This document shows, piece by piece, positions 10,187-27,775 of a stretch of 64,000 bases of DNA (the stretch's first letter is position 1; each line of letters opens with the position of its first letter). The stretch lies in the sequence record MZ956761.1, one strand, 5' to 3'. The position numbers and the translations under genes were made by a program. The stretch comes from a phage. The notes under the pieces were generated by a model that made no database searches, was not told the DNA's origin, and saw only the letters and a list, made by a program, of their open reading frames with translations.

Positions 10187-10820
10187 ACGCTTTTTTCATG
10201 GCCTCTGCGAGAGCCATATAGGCGTCATCGGCACTTGTATCGGCTTCCGCCGTCTGTGATTCGGTAATTTCCTTAGGAGTTACCCATGCATCTGGAGCAC
10301 TTGGACCCCATACTGCATCAACACCTACAGTTAATTTGAATCCTTCGTTTACGATACGATAACCTTTATTTGTGTCAGTCAATGAACCTAATCCACGAGA
10401 AGAAACTCCTGGAATCCATCCGGCACGAATATTAGCTGCTAATTTATCTCCAGGACCATGGTCACCTTCAATAACACGAGCTCGTCCGTATACGTCATTT
10501 CCTTTCCACCACATATCTTCTATAATGATAGCGGCTTGCATCGGGTCAACATTAGCGCGTGGAGGATGATTTAATTCTCCGAGAGCTTGTTTAGTTAAAA
10601 CTTGCTCATTGATATAGTCTTTTACCGCTTTTTCTAATATGCGTTTTGGATAAAGACGTTTATTTCTATTGACGACTTCCGCTTGCATGAATATTCCTTC
10701 GATGTATAAACCAGGTTTTAAACCTAGGTCTTTTCCATCATGAGATTCAAGCATTGGCACGCCATCAATAATTTCGCCAGGTTGACCCCAAGTTTCAATT
10801 AGTAATTGGGGTTCATTCAT
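10182..10820 (-). CDS. 21: gp21 prohead core protease
   Basis: 212 aa; synteny. Confidence 0.9.
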   Translation of the reverse strand: MNEPQLLIETWGQPGEIIDGVPMLESHDGKDLGLKPGLYIEGIFMQAEVVNRNKRLYPKRILEKAVKDYINEQVLTKQALGELNHPPRANVDPMQAAIIIEDMWWKGNDVYGRARVIEGDHGPGDKLAANIRAGWIPGVSSRGLGSLTDTNKGYRIVNEGFKLTVGVDAVWGPSAPDAWVTPKEITESQTAEADTSADDAYMALAEAMKKAL

Positions 10821-11245
10821 TAGCTTAATCCTAATGCTTTACGGCGTTTAAGAGCTTTTTTACGCTTACGCTGAGCACGAGATTGACCTGCTGGGTTGGC
10901 AATCTTCGTTTTGGTAGCTTTGCGAGCAATTTGTCTACGTTTTGCTTTAGACAGCCCGGTGGTTTGAAATGCATTACGTTCACGCGTTTTGCGGTCTTTG
11001 GTACGTGTAATTTCACCACGAGCAGAAACATGTTTAACGATGAATTCGTTTAGCGGCATATCTTCATTAATAGAAGCTAATGCAATTGCTAAATCAGTTT
11101 CATCATCAAGCATATTCTCGACAATTGTATTTATATCGTCTTTATTTAAAGCAGAAGACAATTCGTCAAAGCGACCCTGTGCTTCAGGAATAAGTGCTTC
11201 GACATTCTCGAGAACTAATTCATGAGTTTCAGGGATCAGAAGCAT
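10820..11245 (-). CDS. 68: gp68 prohead core protein
   Basis: 141 aa; basic C-terminus; synteny. Confidence 0.75.
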   Translation of the reverse strand: MLLIPETHELVLENVEALIPEAQGRFDELSSALNKDDINTIVENMLDDETDLAIALASINEDMPLNEFIVKHVSARGEITRTKDRKTRERNAFQTTGLSKAKRRQIARKATKTKIANPAGQSRAQRKRKKALKRRKALGLS

Positions 11246-11501
11246 TATTCATCATCCTCGTCTTCGTCATCTTCGTCAGAGTCTTTGTCTTTTTTGTCGT
11301 CTTTATCATCGCTATCTTCGTCATCATCCTCGTCTTCATCATCCTCATCATCGGGTTCTTCACCTTCGATTAAGAAATTACGAGCGATAGCGATTTTTTC
11401 TTCTTTAATTAAATCAATCGTTCTTGCAGCCATGGCTTCAGCAAAGAATTTACGAGCGGCTACGAGGTCGTTTGATTTAATAGCTTCAATTAAACCTTCC
11501 A

Positions 11502-11502
<1 letters not shown>
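11245..11502 (-). CDS. 67: gp67 prohead core protein
   Basis: 85 aa with poly-acidic D/E tail; synteny. Confidence 0.7.
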
Positions 11503-13154
<1,652 letters not shown>

Positions 13155-13159
13155 TCATT

Positions 13160-13651
13160 TTATTCCCAATAATCGAGAGCAAGAGTTACTTCAAATGTTT
13201 GGATTTCATTGTTTGAATCCCAATCTAATTGAAGTTCACCCACGTTAGTAGGCCACAGGCCTTTAATTTCGACTTCTTTTGTTACAGTTTTAGCGTCACG
13301 AGCATATTGGCGAACAACAGCGCTCTTTTTATATTCTGCTGGTTTTCCACCAGTAATTTCGTTCCCTTGCCCAGCAGCAATGCTTTGCCAATCAACAAAC
13401 TTCTGGCGAGCATCATGTGCCTCATCGTTCATTACTGTAACAGTCCAGTCATCGAATGTACGATCGCCTGCTACGTTAATTTTACGGTTCATGAATCCGA
13501 CTGGAATTTTTTCTACAATACCAGCTGGTAAAGCAGTGGCTTTACATTGAAACGTAAAATTTTGTCCAAGATAAGAAATTTCTACTTGGAATAAGTTAGG
13601 TCGAGCAAAATCACCAGATTCAAACGCTCGTGTTACATCATCTACAAACAT
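13160..13651 (-). CDS. 19: gp19 tail tube protein
   Basis: 163 aa; synteny. Confidence 0.9.
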   Translation of the reverse strand: MFVDDVTRAFESGDFARPNLFQVEISYLGQNFTFQCKATALPAGIVEKIPVGFMNRKINVAGDRTFDDWTVTVMNDEAHDARQKFVDWQSIAAGQGNEITGGKPAEYKKSAVVRQYARDAKTVTKEVEIKGLWPTNVGELQLDWDSNNEIQTFEVTLALDYWE

Positions 13652-13665
13652 ATTAGCCTCTGTAG

Positions 13666-13673
13666 TATTTATA
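13666..13673 (-). promoter_or_regulatory. T4-type late promoter (proximal copy) upstream of gene 19
   Basis: TATTTATA on plus strand 15 bp upstream of gene 19 start. Confidence 0.4.
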
Positions 13674-13724
13674 TCCCTATGTTTAACCTAGGGCATATAG
13701 AATTAAAGAATTAAGGATATAGTG

Positions 13725-13732
13725 TATTTATA
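13725..13732 (-). promoter_or_regulatory. T4-type late promoter (distal copy) upstream of gene 19
   Basis: Second TATTTATA about 75 bp upstream of gene 19, adjacent to a hairpin. Confidence 0.45.
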
Positions 13733-13758
13733 TGGCCTGCCGAAACAGGCCTTTAGAA

Positions 13759-14376
13759 TCATTCTAGTAAATCCCAAAGATCTACACTATTTCTTTTTGA
13801 TTTTTCTCGGTTAGATTCCCAAGTGATTATTTCTAAATTATTAATACCACCAATTATTTTAGCAGGAATTAAATTATCAAAACCGTATTTGATAGATACC
13901 TTATGATCAAGTTGGTAAGCACCTTTTGTACCGCACACTCCTATTTTATCAGCATTTGGCCATTTTGACCAAATTTTCTTATGCTTACGAGTTTCTTTAT
14001 ATACCAATGAAATATATTCACGCATTTCAGATTTATTTGGGTTCCATCTTGGATGATTTACGCCATGCATACATTCTACTGTTTTTCCTTTATTCGCGGA
14101 ACCATATGAATTATTGCGCATTTTATCTTTATGACGGCAATCACGACAAATATCAGTGTTTCTTCCAATGCGTTGGTTATATTCAATTCCACATTTATCG
14201 CAACGGCATTTTACATACGCGGTACTACCTTTAATGTCTTCAACTTTAACATCAATTTCATAATACCTAAATCCATGTTTAACCGCTCCAAGAGGTGTTA
14301 ATTTATAACCCTTTGATTGATAATGTTTAAAATTTGATGGTACAATTTTCACTTTAACAAACTTAGAAATAATCAC
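13759..14376 (-). CDS. free-standing HNH homing endonuclease with N-terminal zinc ribbon
   Basis: CRCDKCG...CRDCRH Cys4 cluster and HNH motif QLDHKVSIKYG...GGINNLEIITWESNREK; start taken as GTG with GAGGAA SD (track ORF extends to 14415). Confidence 0.6.
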   Translation of the reverse strand: MIISKFVKVKIVPSNFKHYQSKGYKLTPLGAVKHGFRYYEIDVKVEDIKGSTAYVKCRCDKCGIEYNQRIGRNTDICRDCRHKDKMRNNSYGSANKGKTVECMHGVNHPRWNPNKSEMREYISLVYKETRKHKKIWSKWPNADKIGVCGTKGAYQLDHKVSIKYGFDNLIPAKIIGGINNLEIITWESNREKSKRNSVDLWDLLE

Positions 14377-14392
14377 TTGTTTCCTCGAGAAT

Positions 14393-14408
14393 AGGGGCCG
14401 AAGCCCCA
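14393..14408 (-). terminator. hairpin directly after gene 18 stop
   Basis: GGGGC-TTCG/CGAA-GCCCC stem-loop. Confidence 0.4.
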
Positions 14409-14415
14409 TAATCAA

Positions 14416-16395
14416 TTAACCTGCAAGACCAGTTAACTCATCGAAATCTGCACCAGTAGCAGTTGCGACGAAATTCAAAGTAATATAATTTATACTGCGC
14501 GCCGGTTGGATGTAGAATGTTGCAACAAACTCATTTCTATCAATTACTGACGGAGTGTTATTTGTTGTATCGCAAACTACACGATATTCATAAATTCCAC
14601 CGAGAGCTTTAATTCCCTGCAAGTACTGGGAAGTTTCTGTGCGGAATGATGAACGAGTAAACGCGTTGTTTAATTCGAACAAACGATATTTTGAACTACG
14701 TCCAATATTCGTTTTCAACATATTAAACAGACGACGAACGTTAATACGATCAAATGGAGAAGGAACAGAAGTAGCTGTTTTATCACCATACAATACGTAA
14801 CCATCACCACCTGTACCAGTTACTGGGTTGATAGCTTCTTGGTATAAACGATCGCGCTGCGCCTGGCGAGTTTCAATAGCAAGTTTAATAACGTTCAAAA
14901 TTTGGCCACGATTATAACCAGCTGGGGACATCCAAGTCTGAGAAACGTTATCTGTTCTCGCGCATAAACCAGCAATATCAGCTGCTAATGGAACCCAACG
15001 ATTCACATCATTATATTTGTCATACTGATACTTGTAGTTACCATCAATTGCTGCGTAGGTTGAACTGATATTAAAGTTATTATCAGTGTATGAACCTGCT
15101 GCAGTTCTCCAATTGACTAAGTTATCAACAGCACGAGTTACAGGAATTCCAACTACAGTTTCACGCGGTGGTGAGCACAGTACTAAGCAATCTTGGCGAG
15201 CATCCCCAATTGAAACGACGTGTTTTTGGACAGTAGATGCTGTTTCTAAAGATTCACCGGCACAAGAACCCGCAATAAACAACTGAACATCAACAGATTC
15301 ACGGTCAGCAAAGAAGTCCCAAGCTTCCATCAAATCTCCTGCTGTCACTTCAGCATTTGATGATAAACCACCAGACAGAGTTAAAATTCCAGAGAAGCCT
15401 TCTGGCCAGTTTTGTGCAGTTGCGAAAATATATTCTGAACCACCTTTTGCGAAAAAGTCATCAATATAGATGTTACTATCGTAAATATCTTTTTCACCAC
15501 GCTTTGTTGAAAGAACAACGCTTTGAACAATAGCATCATTGCGACGAACTATAATAGCGTATTGTGAATCAGTTTGTGGTCCATATCCAAACACTGCTTT
15601 GGCAGTAGATGCGCGTGTGCCGCCGCCTGGATAAATTGGAAGTAATGCAGAAGCACCTTTTGCGTAGTCAGCTTTAGATACGATTTCAATTTCGATTTTA
15701 TCGCCCAACTCGCCTGGATAAAGAGCTACTACTCCTGGAATTCCATATTTTTCGAGATTTGCTTGAAAGTCAACAGCTGTCATGGCAGCTTCGGCATTTT
15801 CAATTTCAGCTAATAAAATACCAGAATCGGTAATAATTTTTCCAAGAGTTATTACTGCAGCTAAACCAGAGGAAGACGAAGAAATTTCCGCGGTCCAGTT
15901 AGAACCTAATTCTGGATATTCGCCTACTTCTTTCGCTTTAGCGATAATTTTTGCGGTAGGAATATTAATTTTCTTAATTTTTCCATCAGCATCTACTTCG
16001 GTAACTTTACATTCTGTTTCAACATCTTCTGAAACATACTTAACCGTGATTTTATCTCCAACCGCGTAGTTACTACCTGGGGTAGAAATAGTGTATTCAA
16101 TATTACCGGCAATCGGAGATGAGTTTTTAGCGGTATCTCTATCGACAACACGCACAACTCGCAAATCATTTCCGTATTGTAAGAAATTCATTGCAGACAT
16201 AAAATAGTCAGCAGTTTCAGCTGTAGGTTGACCAAAAGTATTAACTAAATCTACTTCATTCGTAACCTGTTTAATTTGAAAAGCAGGACCCCACTGGAAT
16301 TTACCGGCCAAAGCTGCTGTACCAGTAGAGTTATTAACCACGGTGCTTTGAACCGTAGTTTCTTTGAGCTCAATGCCCGGAGATAATAAAGTCAT
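14416..16395 (-). CDS. 18: gp18 contractile tail sheath protein
   Basis: 659 aa; synteny. Confidence 0.92.
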   Translation of the reverse strand: MTLLSPGIELKETTVQSTVVNNSTGTAALAGKFQWGPAFQIKQVTNEVDLVNTFGQPTAETADYFMSAMNFLQYGNDLRVVRVVDRDTAKNSSPIAGNIEYTISTPGSNYAVGDKITVKYVSEDVETECKVTEVDADGKIKKINIPTAKIIAKAKEVGEYPELGSNWTAEISSSSSGLAAVITLGKIITDSGILLAEIENAEAAMTAVDFQANLEKYGIPGVVALYPGELGDKIEIEIVSKADYAKGASALLPIYPGGGTRASTAKAVFGYGPQTDSQYAIIVRRNDAIVQSVVLSTKRGEKDIYDSNIYIDDFFAKGGSEYIFATAQNWPEGFSGILTLSGGLSSNAEVTAGDLMEAWDFFADRESVDVQLFIAGSCAGESLETASTVQKHVVSIGDARQDCLVLCSPPRETVVGIPVTRAVDNLVNWRTAAGSYTDNNFNISSTYAAIDGNYKYQYDKYNDVNRWVPLAADIAGLCARTDNVSQTWMSPAGYNRGQILNVIKLAIETRQAQRDRLYQEAINPVTGTGGDGYVLYGDKTATSVPSPFDRINVRRLFNMLKTNIGRSSKYRLFELNNAFTRSSFRTETSQYLQGIKALGGIYEYRVVCDTTNNTPSVIDRNEFVATFYIQPARSINYITLNFVATATGADFDELTGLAG

Positions 16396-16423
16396 TTTTA
16401 ATCCTCTTTAATATGCTTTAATA

Positions 16424-19564
<3,141 letters not shown>

Positions 19565-19605
19565 GATTTCTCCTAATCTGGGCTTTAATTAGTTTATAAT
19601 ATTTA

Positions 19606-21307
<1,702 letters not shown>

Positions 21308-21319
21308 TTAAAATCCTTT

Positions 21320-21335
21320 GGGGCCTTGCGGCCCC
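21320..21335 (-). terminator. hairpin after wac
   Basis: GGGGCC-TTGC-GGCCCC palindrome between wac stop and gene 13 start. Confidence 0.45.
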
Positions 21336-21338
21336 ATG

Positions 21339-22802
21339 TTATGCTGGTGATAAAAAGGTAGAAAGCAATACCCATTCGCCGTCTTTACGAACGTAAGCTT
21401 GCCCATCTCTTGGAGCTTCAGGAATATAACCGGCTTCTTGGAGAGCTTGAACATCACCTTGTAAAGAAGATATATTGCCTTTGGCTGTATTCACTTCTTG
21501 TGTAACTGATGCAATGTTGGTTTCGTTAGCTTTTATTGAATTGGTTAATCCGCGTTCTTCAACAGTTGAGCCGTTTGGATTAGTTCCATTTACTAAAGTA
21601 TTTAACGCTACAACTTGCCCTTTAATTCCTGTGCTGTTATTACCAATCTCTACTTGTAGGTTTTGAACATCATTATTCAAGCCTGAAACAGAAGTTTCAA
21701 TTGCAGAAACTCGGTTTAAAAGAGACCCAGGAGGAGAAGGTTGTCCACCGCTAGAATCAGTTCCAACAATTTGGTTTAACCATGAAACATTCGCTCTTAA
21801 ACCAGATGAAGTGTTTTCACCGACGATTCCATTTAGAGATTCGATTGAAGTTGTATTATCTTTGATTTGACCTTTAATACTCGAAGGAATATCATCTGAT
21901 CCAATAGAAGTTTCAATAACGGTTAAACGCTGTTTAATACCTCCACTTTGATTTAGTTCTAAATTAATAGATGCAATATTATCAGTGTTTGTATTAACAC
22001 TCGTGATAATCGAATTATTTCCTGGATATCCTATTGAGGTCTTAATAGCACTAATGTCAGACTCAACTGTTGTCTGTTTAGTGTCAATTTCATTTAAACG
22101 ACTGTAAACGTTCTGCGAAAATGACGGCGGTTTTGGTCCAAGCTCTTCGCGAAGATTACCAACTTCAATAGTCAAAGAACCTACATCAGATTCAATAAAT
22201 TTTGTTTCTAATTCGCTTAAACGTATTCCCTGTGAAGTAATGACATCAGTATTATTAATAATGCGATGCTTCATTCCACTACTAGGATTTCCTACAACAG
22301 GAAGACCATTAATATCTTGACCTGTGTATTGTCCAAGTTCACGCTTTATCCATAGTAAATCATTTCTGATCGTTCTGTATACAGAGTTGGCCTCGGAGTT
22401 AAATGGACCAATATCAGCAAGAATGCTGTCAACTGTACTATTAGTCCCATTTAATATTTCTGTATGTTCACTGGTTAGCGTTTTAAGGTCAGAAATATCA
22501 TTTTTATTGATACTTATTTGGGCCAAAGCTTCAATATCACCAGATACATCTAAGATGCCCTGAATTGTTTTAATATCACTATTTGCGGTTTCTAAAGATG
22601 TTTTAAGTATTCCAATGTTTTTATCAAGAACTTCAACATTTCTTAGTACAGAAACTGTAGGTCTATTCATTGAACCTTCACTTCCATACTGTGTGTCAGC
22701 TCCTAATATTTCTTCGCCGTTTTTAATCCAGGAAATGCGGCTCTGGCCCTCTGCAGGAGGGCCGTCAACGAATGGTAAGTCATTCAGTACAATATCTGTC
22801 AT
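21339..22802 (-). CDS. wac: fibritin (whisker antigen control)
   Basis: 487 aa; C-terminal foldon [27 protein letters not shown]. Confidence 0.93.
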   Translation of the reverse strand: MTDIVLNDLPFVDGPPAEGQSRISWIKNGEEILGADTQYGSEGSMNRPTVSVLRNVEVLDKNIGILKTSLETANSDIKTIQGILDVSGDIEALAQISINKNDISDLKTLTSEHTEILNGTNSTVDSILADIGPFNSEANSVYRTIRNDLLWIKRELGQYTGQDINGLPVVGNPSSGMKHRIINNTDVITSQGIRLSELETKFIESDVGSLTIEVGNLREELGPKPPSFSQNVYSRLNEIDTKQTTVESDISAIKTSIGYPGNNSIITSVNTNTDNIASINLELNQSGGIKQRLTVIETSIGSDDIPSSIKGQIKDNTTSIESLNGIVGENTSSGLRANVSWLNQIVGTDSSGGQPSPPGSLLNRVSAIETSVSGLNNDVQNLQVEIGNNSTGIKGQVVALNTLVNGTNPNGSTVEERGLTNSIKANETNIASVTQEVNTAKGNISSLQGDVQALQEAGYIPEAPRDGQAYVRKDGEWVLLSTFLSPA

Positions 22803-24382
22803 TCTTTTACCTTAATTATGTAGTTTAAAGAAATGTTCCATGGACGTGTTTCATTTCCAATTAATTCAGGACGATTTAGTGTATATTTGGAATTTCGTTG
22901 TGATGCCGGGTCAATTTCATATCCGTCATTGGTGAAGTATGAACGGTTATCCCAGTCAAGTCCTTTACGTGTACCAACAAAATTTGATCTGCGGGTATTA
23001 CCGAATGCTCCAGAATCATCATGCTCACCAAATCCGCCAGCGTGTTTATGATAAGACATCTGCTGTTTTTGTACTTCGCCAACATATCCACCGGTACAAC
23101 CTACGCCTAATCTAGGCTTACCAAATTGGTCATTACCATTAACATTTGGATTTGTTAAGTGAGAGCCACGACCAGAGCCACGAACAAAAAGGCCACGCAT
23201 ATCAGGTAATCCAGGATTTGATGAACTTCCGCCGTATCTTGTTCCAATTCTAGAAGCATATAATGGACAATCTGATGCTGAAACAGTTCCGCCATGACAG
23301 AAGCGCCAAGCATCACTAGGAAGGCTATCAGCCGCCCACATCATAATAGCTCCGACAGGAATAGTTCTATCTATTTCATTCTGCGTTACAACACGCTTAC
23401 CTTGAATATAACCACCGGTCATGTTAACTGTTCCGGTAATGTTTGCTCCGCCTGAAGCTATTGTGAGCGTATTATTAATGCGAAGTGTTCCATTAATCGT
23501 TTGACCACCTCTTTGGTGGATAACGTCAGCATTCCAAGCTAGTGCTGATGAAGCATCGCCTCCACTCTGTGAGCCGGCGGTTGTAGTTAATTTAACTACG
23601 CCTCTCATTGACGTTGTAGAACCACGACCATTAAGAGTTGCGCCAGTAACCGCAACAGAAGCATTATTCGAGTTAACTTCTGATTGTGTTCCTAATTTAA
23701 TTACGCCTTTATATTCTTCAGTAGCAGTAGAATTCATTAGCGTATAAGGAGAAATTGCATAGCCTTCTCTTAAGGTTCCTTGACGAACTTGAGCTACTGT
23801 CGCCAATTGAACAACACCTTGGTCCGATTCGGTAGCTGTGGTTTCAGAAGGAGCGATTTGCGCAATTAATTTAATAGCTAACTGCTGTGTTTTTAACGGA
23901 GTCATTGCAGTAGTATCATCTGCGCCAGCTAATGCTTGCGGTAGAGATGAAATTTTAATAACTCCATTTGATGATTCAGTTGAAACACGAGTTTCAAAGG
24001 CATTATTAAGGGCAACAGTAAATTTAGCGGGAGTTATAGAAGATTCATTATTAACTCCGGCAATTGCTTCATCATTGGTTGAATATCTTGTTAATCCGTA
24101 AACAGTTTCAGTTGCGTTTGGATAAGATAATCTTGTTGCCAACGTTGCTGGTGTAACTGCTTTGGTATTATCAGTTCCGTCGATAACTTCCTGTTCAGTG
24201 GCAAGAAACAAAATTCCCTTTGTTGTTGATGATGCGTCAGGAACTCCATTTACGCCAGCAGGAGAAATGGCTGCTATAGCAGCCTGAACATCAGTAATCT
24301 CTGCCGGAAAATTTGTACCAGTTGGATCAAATTTTACATAACGAGATTCATTAGAAACGTGTTGATATGTATTATTACTCAT
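22799..24382 (-). CDS. 12: gp12 short tail fiber
   Basis: 527 aa; synteny. Confidence 0.9.
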   Translation of the reverse strand: MSNNTYQHVSNESRYVKFDPTGTNFPAEITDVQAAIAAISPAGVNGVPDASSTTKGILFLATEQEVIDGTDNTKAVTPATLATRLSYPNATETVYGLTRYSTNDEAIAGVNNESSITPAKFTVALNNAFETRVSTESSNGVIKISSLPQALAGADDTTAMTPLKTQQLAIKLIAQIAPSETTATESDQGVVQLATVAQVRQGTLREGYAISPYTLMNSTATEEYKGVIKLGTQSEVNSNNASVAVTGATLNGRGSTTSMRGVVKLTTTAGSQSGGDASSALAWNADVIHQRGGQTINGTLRINNTLTIASGGANITGTVNMTGGYIQGKRVVTQNEIDRTIPVGAIMMWAADSLPSDAWRFCHGGTVSASDCPLYASRIGTRYGGSSSNPGLPDMRGLFVRGSGRGSHLTNPNVNGNDQFGKPRLGVGCTGGYVGEVQKQQMSYHKHAGGFGEHDDSGAFGNTRRSNFVGTRKGLDWDNRSYFTNDGYEIDPASQRNSKYTLNRPELIGNETRPWNISLNYIIKVKE

Positions 24383-25038
24383 GCTGTTCTCTCAAAATGA
24401 TAAAATACTGTAGGAGTCTGCTGATTATCTAAAGTTACAGTTTGTGCGCCTAATAAATTCCATGTACCATAGCCAGGTTTAGACTCAGAAATAATTTCCT
24501 GCGAAATAGTTATTCCATATGTAGAATATGTGCTTAATACATGTTTTTGATTATCTAAATAAGTAACTTCTAATTTACTACCATCTGTTGGATGGTCTTT
24601 ATATGAATTGATAGCAGTAAATGACGCAATAGCTTCTTGTAGTGCAACACGAACTTTGGCAACAAACTCGATAGCTGTCATTCCGGTTGTTGCTGAAACT
24701 GGAAGACCAAATACTAATACCGTAACAGGAGAACCAGGAGGAAGAGAATCGTCTGTTACAGTTCCAGAAAATGCCCAATAATCAGTTTGAGAAACGCCCT
24801 CAGGAGAAACACCAGTTTTATTAGTAATAATTGTACCAACGTCTTTTATAGAAAAATTATGAACATCATTAATAGCTGATTCTACGTTTGGTTCATAAAA
24901 TCCTTTCGCTAATTGAGAAATTGTCACTGACCCAACTGATTGACGATTCATTACATCTATATTACCAGCTTTAGGTCTAAAACCAAGAAAATCGGCTAAG
25001 CGGGAAATAACTCCCGCTTTATTATTAAGTAAACTCAT
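24379..25038 (-). CDS. 11: gp11 baseplate wedge / short-fiber attachment
   Basis: 219 aa from internal Met (MSLLNNKAG), TAATG overlap with gene 10 stop; track ORF is 6 codons longer. Confidence 0.8.
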   Translation of the reverse strand: MSLLNNKAGVISRLADFLGFRPKAGNIDVMNRQSVGSVTISQLAKGFYEPNVESAINDVHNFSIKDVGTIITNKTGVSPEGVSQTDYWAFSGTVTDDSLPPGSPVTVLVFGLPVSATTGMTAIEFVAKVRVALQEAIASFTAINSYKDHPTDGSKLEVTYLDNQKHVLSTYSTYGITISQEIISESKPGYGTWNLLGAQTVTLDNQQTPTVFYHFERTA

Positions 25039-26846
25039 TATGCAATCCTTATCCAACGATAAACTGTAATATATGGTTGAATGTTAGTTATTGATGTTGG
25101 CGGAGTGTGAGCAGAGTTAGTAGATGCTTTAGCTTCACGGTATTTCGTGTAAATTGGACCAGATTCATCTGGATCGTATTGACATCCACCAACAATGACT
25201 GATCCATTTTCATCAACTATTAGAACTTCTTCATCTGTCTCAGTTGCAGGAAGATTAGCATTTTCCAGTGTAACAGAAGTAGAACCACCTGTTCCACCTG
25301 CAGTATGTGAAGGATTTCCACCCGAATCTAAATCGTTGTTATTTAGAGCAAAGTTAGGGTCTGAAATATCTTCATTCCATCCAACTAAAACTTTTCCTTG
25401 CCCAAATAATTTCCATGAGCCGAATCCCATATATGTAACAGGGTTATTTGGATTAACGGCGTTTTCATATATAGTTCCAATAGGATAAATCGTATCAAAG
25501 ATATTTGAAACAGCATTAAATTCGCGTTGATAAGATTGAACTGCTTCTACATTTGGCCAACCAATTTTATCGAAGTCTGTTAAATTTACATCACCGGAAA
25601 TATCTACTCCTGGTCCTTGTGATACATAGAGATTATCAGTTTCATCAATAATCTCATCTTTTGTTAATAATGTACCCAAATCATTATTAAACCAGGTGAT
25701 ATTGATAATGTCACCATGCTCAAATACTCTATCGAAATGTAAAATTTCCGGTATGCCGTTTTCATCAGTTTCAACTGAATAATCGGTATGAGATTGTTCC
25801 CAAGTTCCACCTAAAACAGAGCATTCTACTTCATCGTCTGAATCAGCACCAACACAATGAAATAATGGCATTCCAACTGTTCCAGCCAATTCCTGCAAAA
25901 TCCCGTTAAAACGAACCTCAAGAGAATTAGGATTAATAGGTTCTCCTGGAATTAATCCAAAAGCAGAAAATGGAATTGATTTCATTGTTGATAAATCAGC
26001 AACGTAAATACTTCCTTCTAGAGAAGTTTTTGACGTTAATTTTGAATCTAACAATCTAATTTGACGTCTTGTATATGAACTTCTCCACTGCGATACACCA
26101 TCCATAAATGTTTCAATTTGAACAGTGTCACCAATATTACAAGGCTGTCTTAATCGAATATTAAATCCATCAAGAGGAACTAGTTCTCCTTCATTTTCGC
26201 CCGGAGAGCCAAAATCGCTGTTTTCGCTAAATACATCACCGTAATACAATTCGTTACCACGATGTTTTACTCTGATGTTATTTACATTATAACTAGTTCC
26301 ACGGAAAACATCTAAAAAGTCTGTTTGCCCTTGGACTTCGACTAAAAATTCTTTACGAGCTACATTACTAATGTCTGAACTGGTAATTTTGTCAATTTGT
26401 TTATTTTTGACATATTCCCAACGTCCTGGGGCACAATACACTAGTTCTAAATCGCTGAATTGAACATTAATTTCAACTGGTACTGCAGATCCTTTAATCG
26501 TATCGCCGGAAGCAGCTACTAGTGTAACTGGGTTGACGTTCCATGTAGCAAATACGTCTCTAGCTCTAATTACCTTGTTGTAATCATTAACTGTACCCTT
26601 TGGAAGATTTATAGTCACTCTTCCAGAAGATGTATTAATAGCGTATGATTTTCCCCATTCTGCTGTTAATGTTTGTCCTGATGAAGCATTATAAGTTTTC
26701 CAGGCACCGGCTGAATATGGAACATCACCATCACCGAGTTCATAATAAAGCTCATCAAAGTTTTCATTTATTTTTATACCACCTTTACGCAGGTAGTCAC
26801 CGGTACCATCATCTACAACATTACCGATATTAATATTTTGTTTCAT
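25038..26846 (-). CDS. 10: gp10 baseplate wedge protein
   Basis: 602 aa; synteny. Confidence 0.9.
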   Translation of the reverse strand: MKQNINIGNVVDDGTGDYLRKGGIKINENFDELYYELGDGDVPYSAGAWKTYNASSGQTLTAEWGKSYAINTSSGRVTINLPKGTVNDYNKVIRARDVFATWNVNPVTLVAASGDTIKGSAVPVEINVQFSDLELVYCAPGRWEYVKNKQIDKITSSDISNVARKEFLVEVQGQTDFLDVFRGTSYNVNNIRVKHRGNELYYGDVFSENSDFGSPGENEGELVPLDGFNIRLRQPCNIGDTVQIETFMDGVSQWRSSYTRRQIRLLDSKLTSKTSLEGSIYVADLSTMKSIPFSAFGLIPGEPINPNSLEVRFNGILQELAGTVGMPLFHCVGADSDDEVECSVLGGTWEQSHTDYSVETDENGIPEILHFDRVFEHGDIINITWFNNDLGTLLTKDEIIDETDNLYVSQGPGVDISGDVNLTDFDKIGWPNVEAVQSYQREFNAVSNIFDTIYPIGTIYENAVNPNNPVTYMGFGSWKLFGQGKVLVGWNEDISDPNFALNNNDLDSGGNPSHTAGGTGGSTSVTLENANLPATETDEEVLIVDENGSVIVGGCQYDPDESGPIYTKYREAKASTNSAHTPPTSITNIQPYITVYRWIRIA

Positions 26847-27712
26847 TATTGAGCCACCCCGATTTTCTGCGTAGCGATAACTTTAACTGCTGCTCTCATA
26901 CCGACAGTTGAAGAACTTATAGTCGCCGTTACATAATTTTCTTTAATACTAAATGCAATATTAGCGATTTCGTCTTCTTCGGTTTCATTCCCAACTCGCA
27001 TGACAGCATATTCAGAAGAAATTACCTCTGAATTAACAGTATCCACAAGAATATTTATTTCTGCTGTTTTAATTTTTCTTCCATCTACCGATTGGCACGT
27101 AACTAGCAATTTAGCCATATTATATTCAGTGCGATGAAATAGTGGAATATCAACTGATCCGGATGTAGAAATATTCCATGTACCTTCAGCTGGTGATTCC
27201 TTTTGTCCAAACATACTTTCAATAGAATAATTCCAAACCGAAGTAGAATTATCAGATGAAATACAGCGTAAAGTAACTTTACTATATGGGCTAGTTACTA
27301 CTAAATTACCCGAAACACCTTTAATTGAATCAATAGCTTGAATTGTTAAAGGATTAGTAACTGATATTGATCCATTTGAGTTAATGAATTCAACACAATC
27401 GCCGAGTTCGCCTCTTTCAATGATAACTTTAACACCTACAGTAGAGGTATCAATATCATGCCTAGTGCCAACTTTCACTGGAGTTGCATACTCTGTAATA
27501 GAGTGTTTTTGATAATATCCAGTAGCATGGATAATTTGACCATCTGCTCCAGTGCCATTTGCTACTGCCATTTTACGCTGATCGCCAAACGCATTATAAA
27601 TTGCGTTAAAATCACTATTAATTTTATTACCACCGTCGAATAAGATATCACCAGTAGAAGCGTTACCAATTTCGCCGGTATCAATCAATTTCTTTGGTTC
27701 TTGAATGAACAT
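26846..27712 (-). CDS. 9: gp9 baseplate wedge / long-fiber socket
   Basis: 288 aa; synteny. Confidence 0.9.
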   Translation of the reverse strand: MFIQEPKKLIDTGEIGNASTGDILFDGGNKINSDFNAIYNAFGDQRKMAVANGTGADGQIIHATGYYQKHSITEYATPVKVGTRHDIDTSTVGVKVIIERGELGDCVEFINSNGSISVTNPLTIQAIDSIKGVSGNLVVTSPYSKVTLRCISSDNSTSVWNYSIESMFGQKESPAEGTWNISTSGSVDIPLFHRTEYNMAKLLVTCQSVDGRKIKTAEINILVDTVNSEVISSEYAVMRVGNETEEDEIANIAFSIKENYVTATISSSTVGMRAAVKVIATQKIGVAQ

Positions 27713-27736
27713 AGCGGTTTCCTTATGAGTTTATAG

Positions 27737-27744
27737 TATTTATA
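27737..27744 (-). promoter_or_regulatory. T4-type late promoter for gene 9
   Basis: TATTTATA on plus strand about 25 bp upstream of gene 9 start. Confidence 0.5.
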
Positions 27745-27752
27745 AAGAAAAA

Positions 27753-27770
27753 GGGAGCCCATGGGCTCCC
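27753..27770 (-). terminator. perfect palindrome after gene 8
   Basis: GGGAGCCCATGGGCTCCC 18-bp palindrome. Confidence 0.45.
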
Positions 27771-27775
27771 TTAAT

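Larger units (their letters stand above)
13652..14415 (-). mobile_element. homing-endonuclease gene insertion between genes 19 and 18
   Basis: Extra HNH ORF where genes 18 and 19 are adjacent in T4 as recalled; bracketed by hairpins and duplicated late-promoter motifs. Confidence 0.55.
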
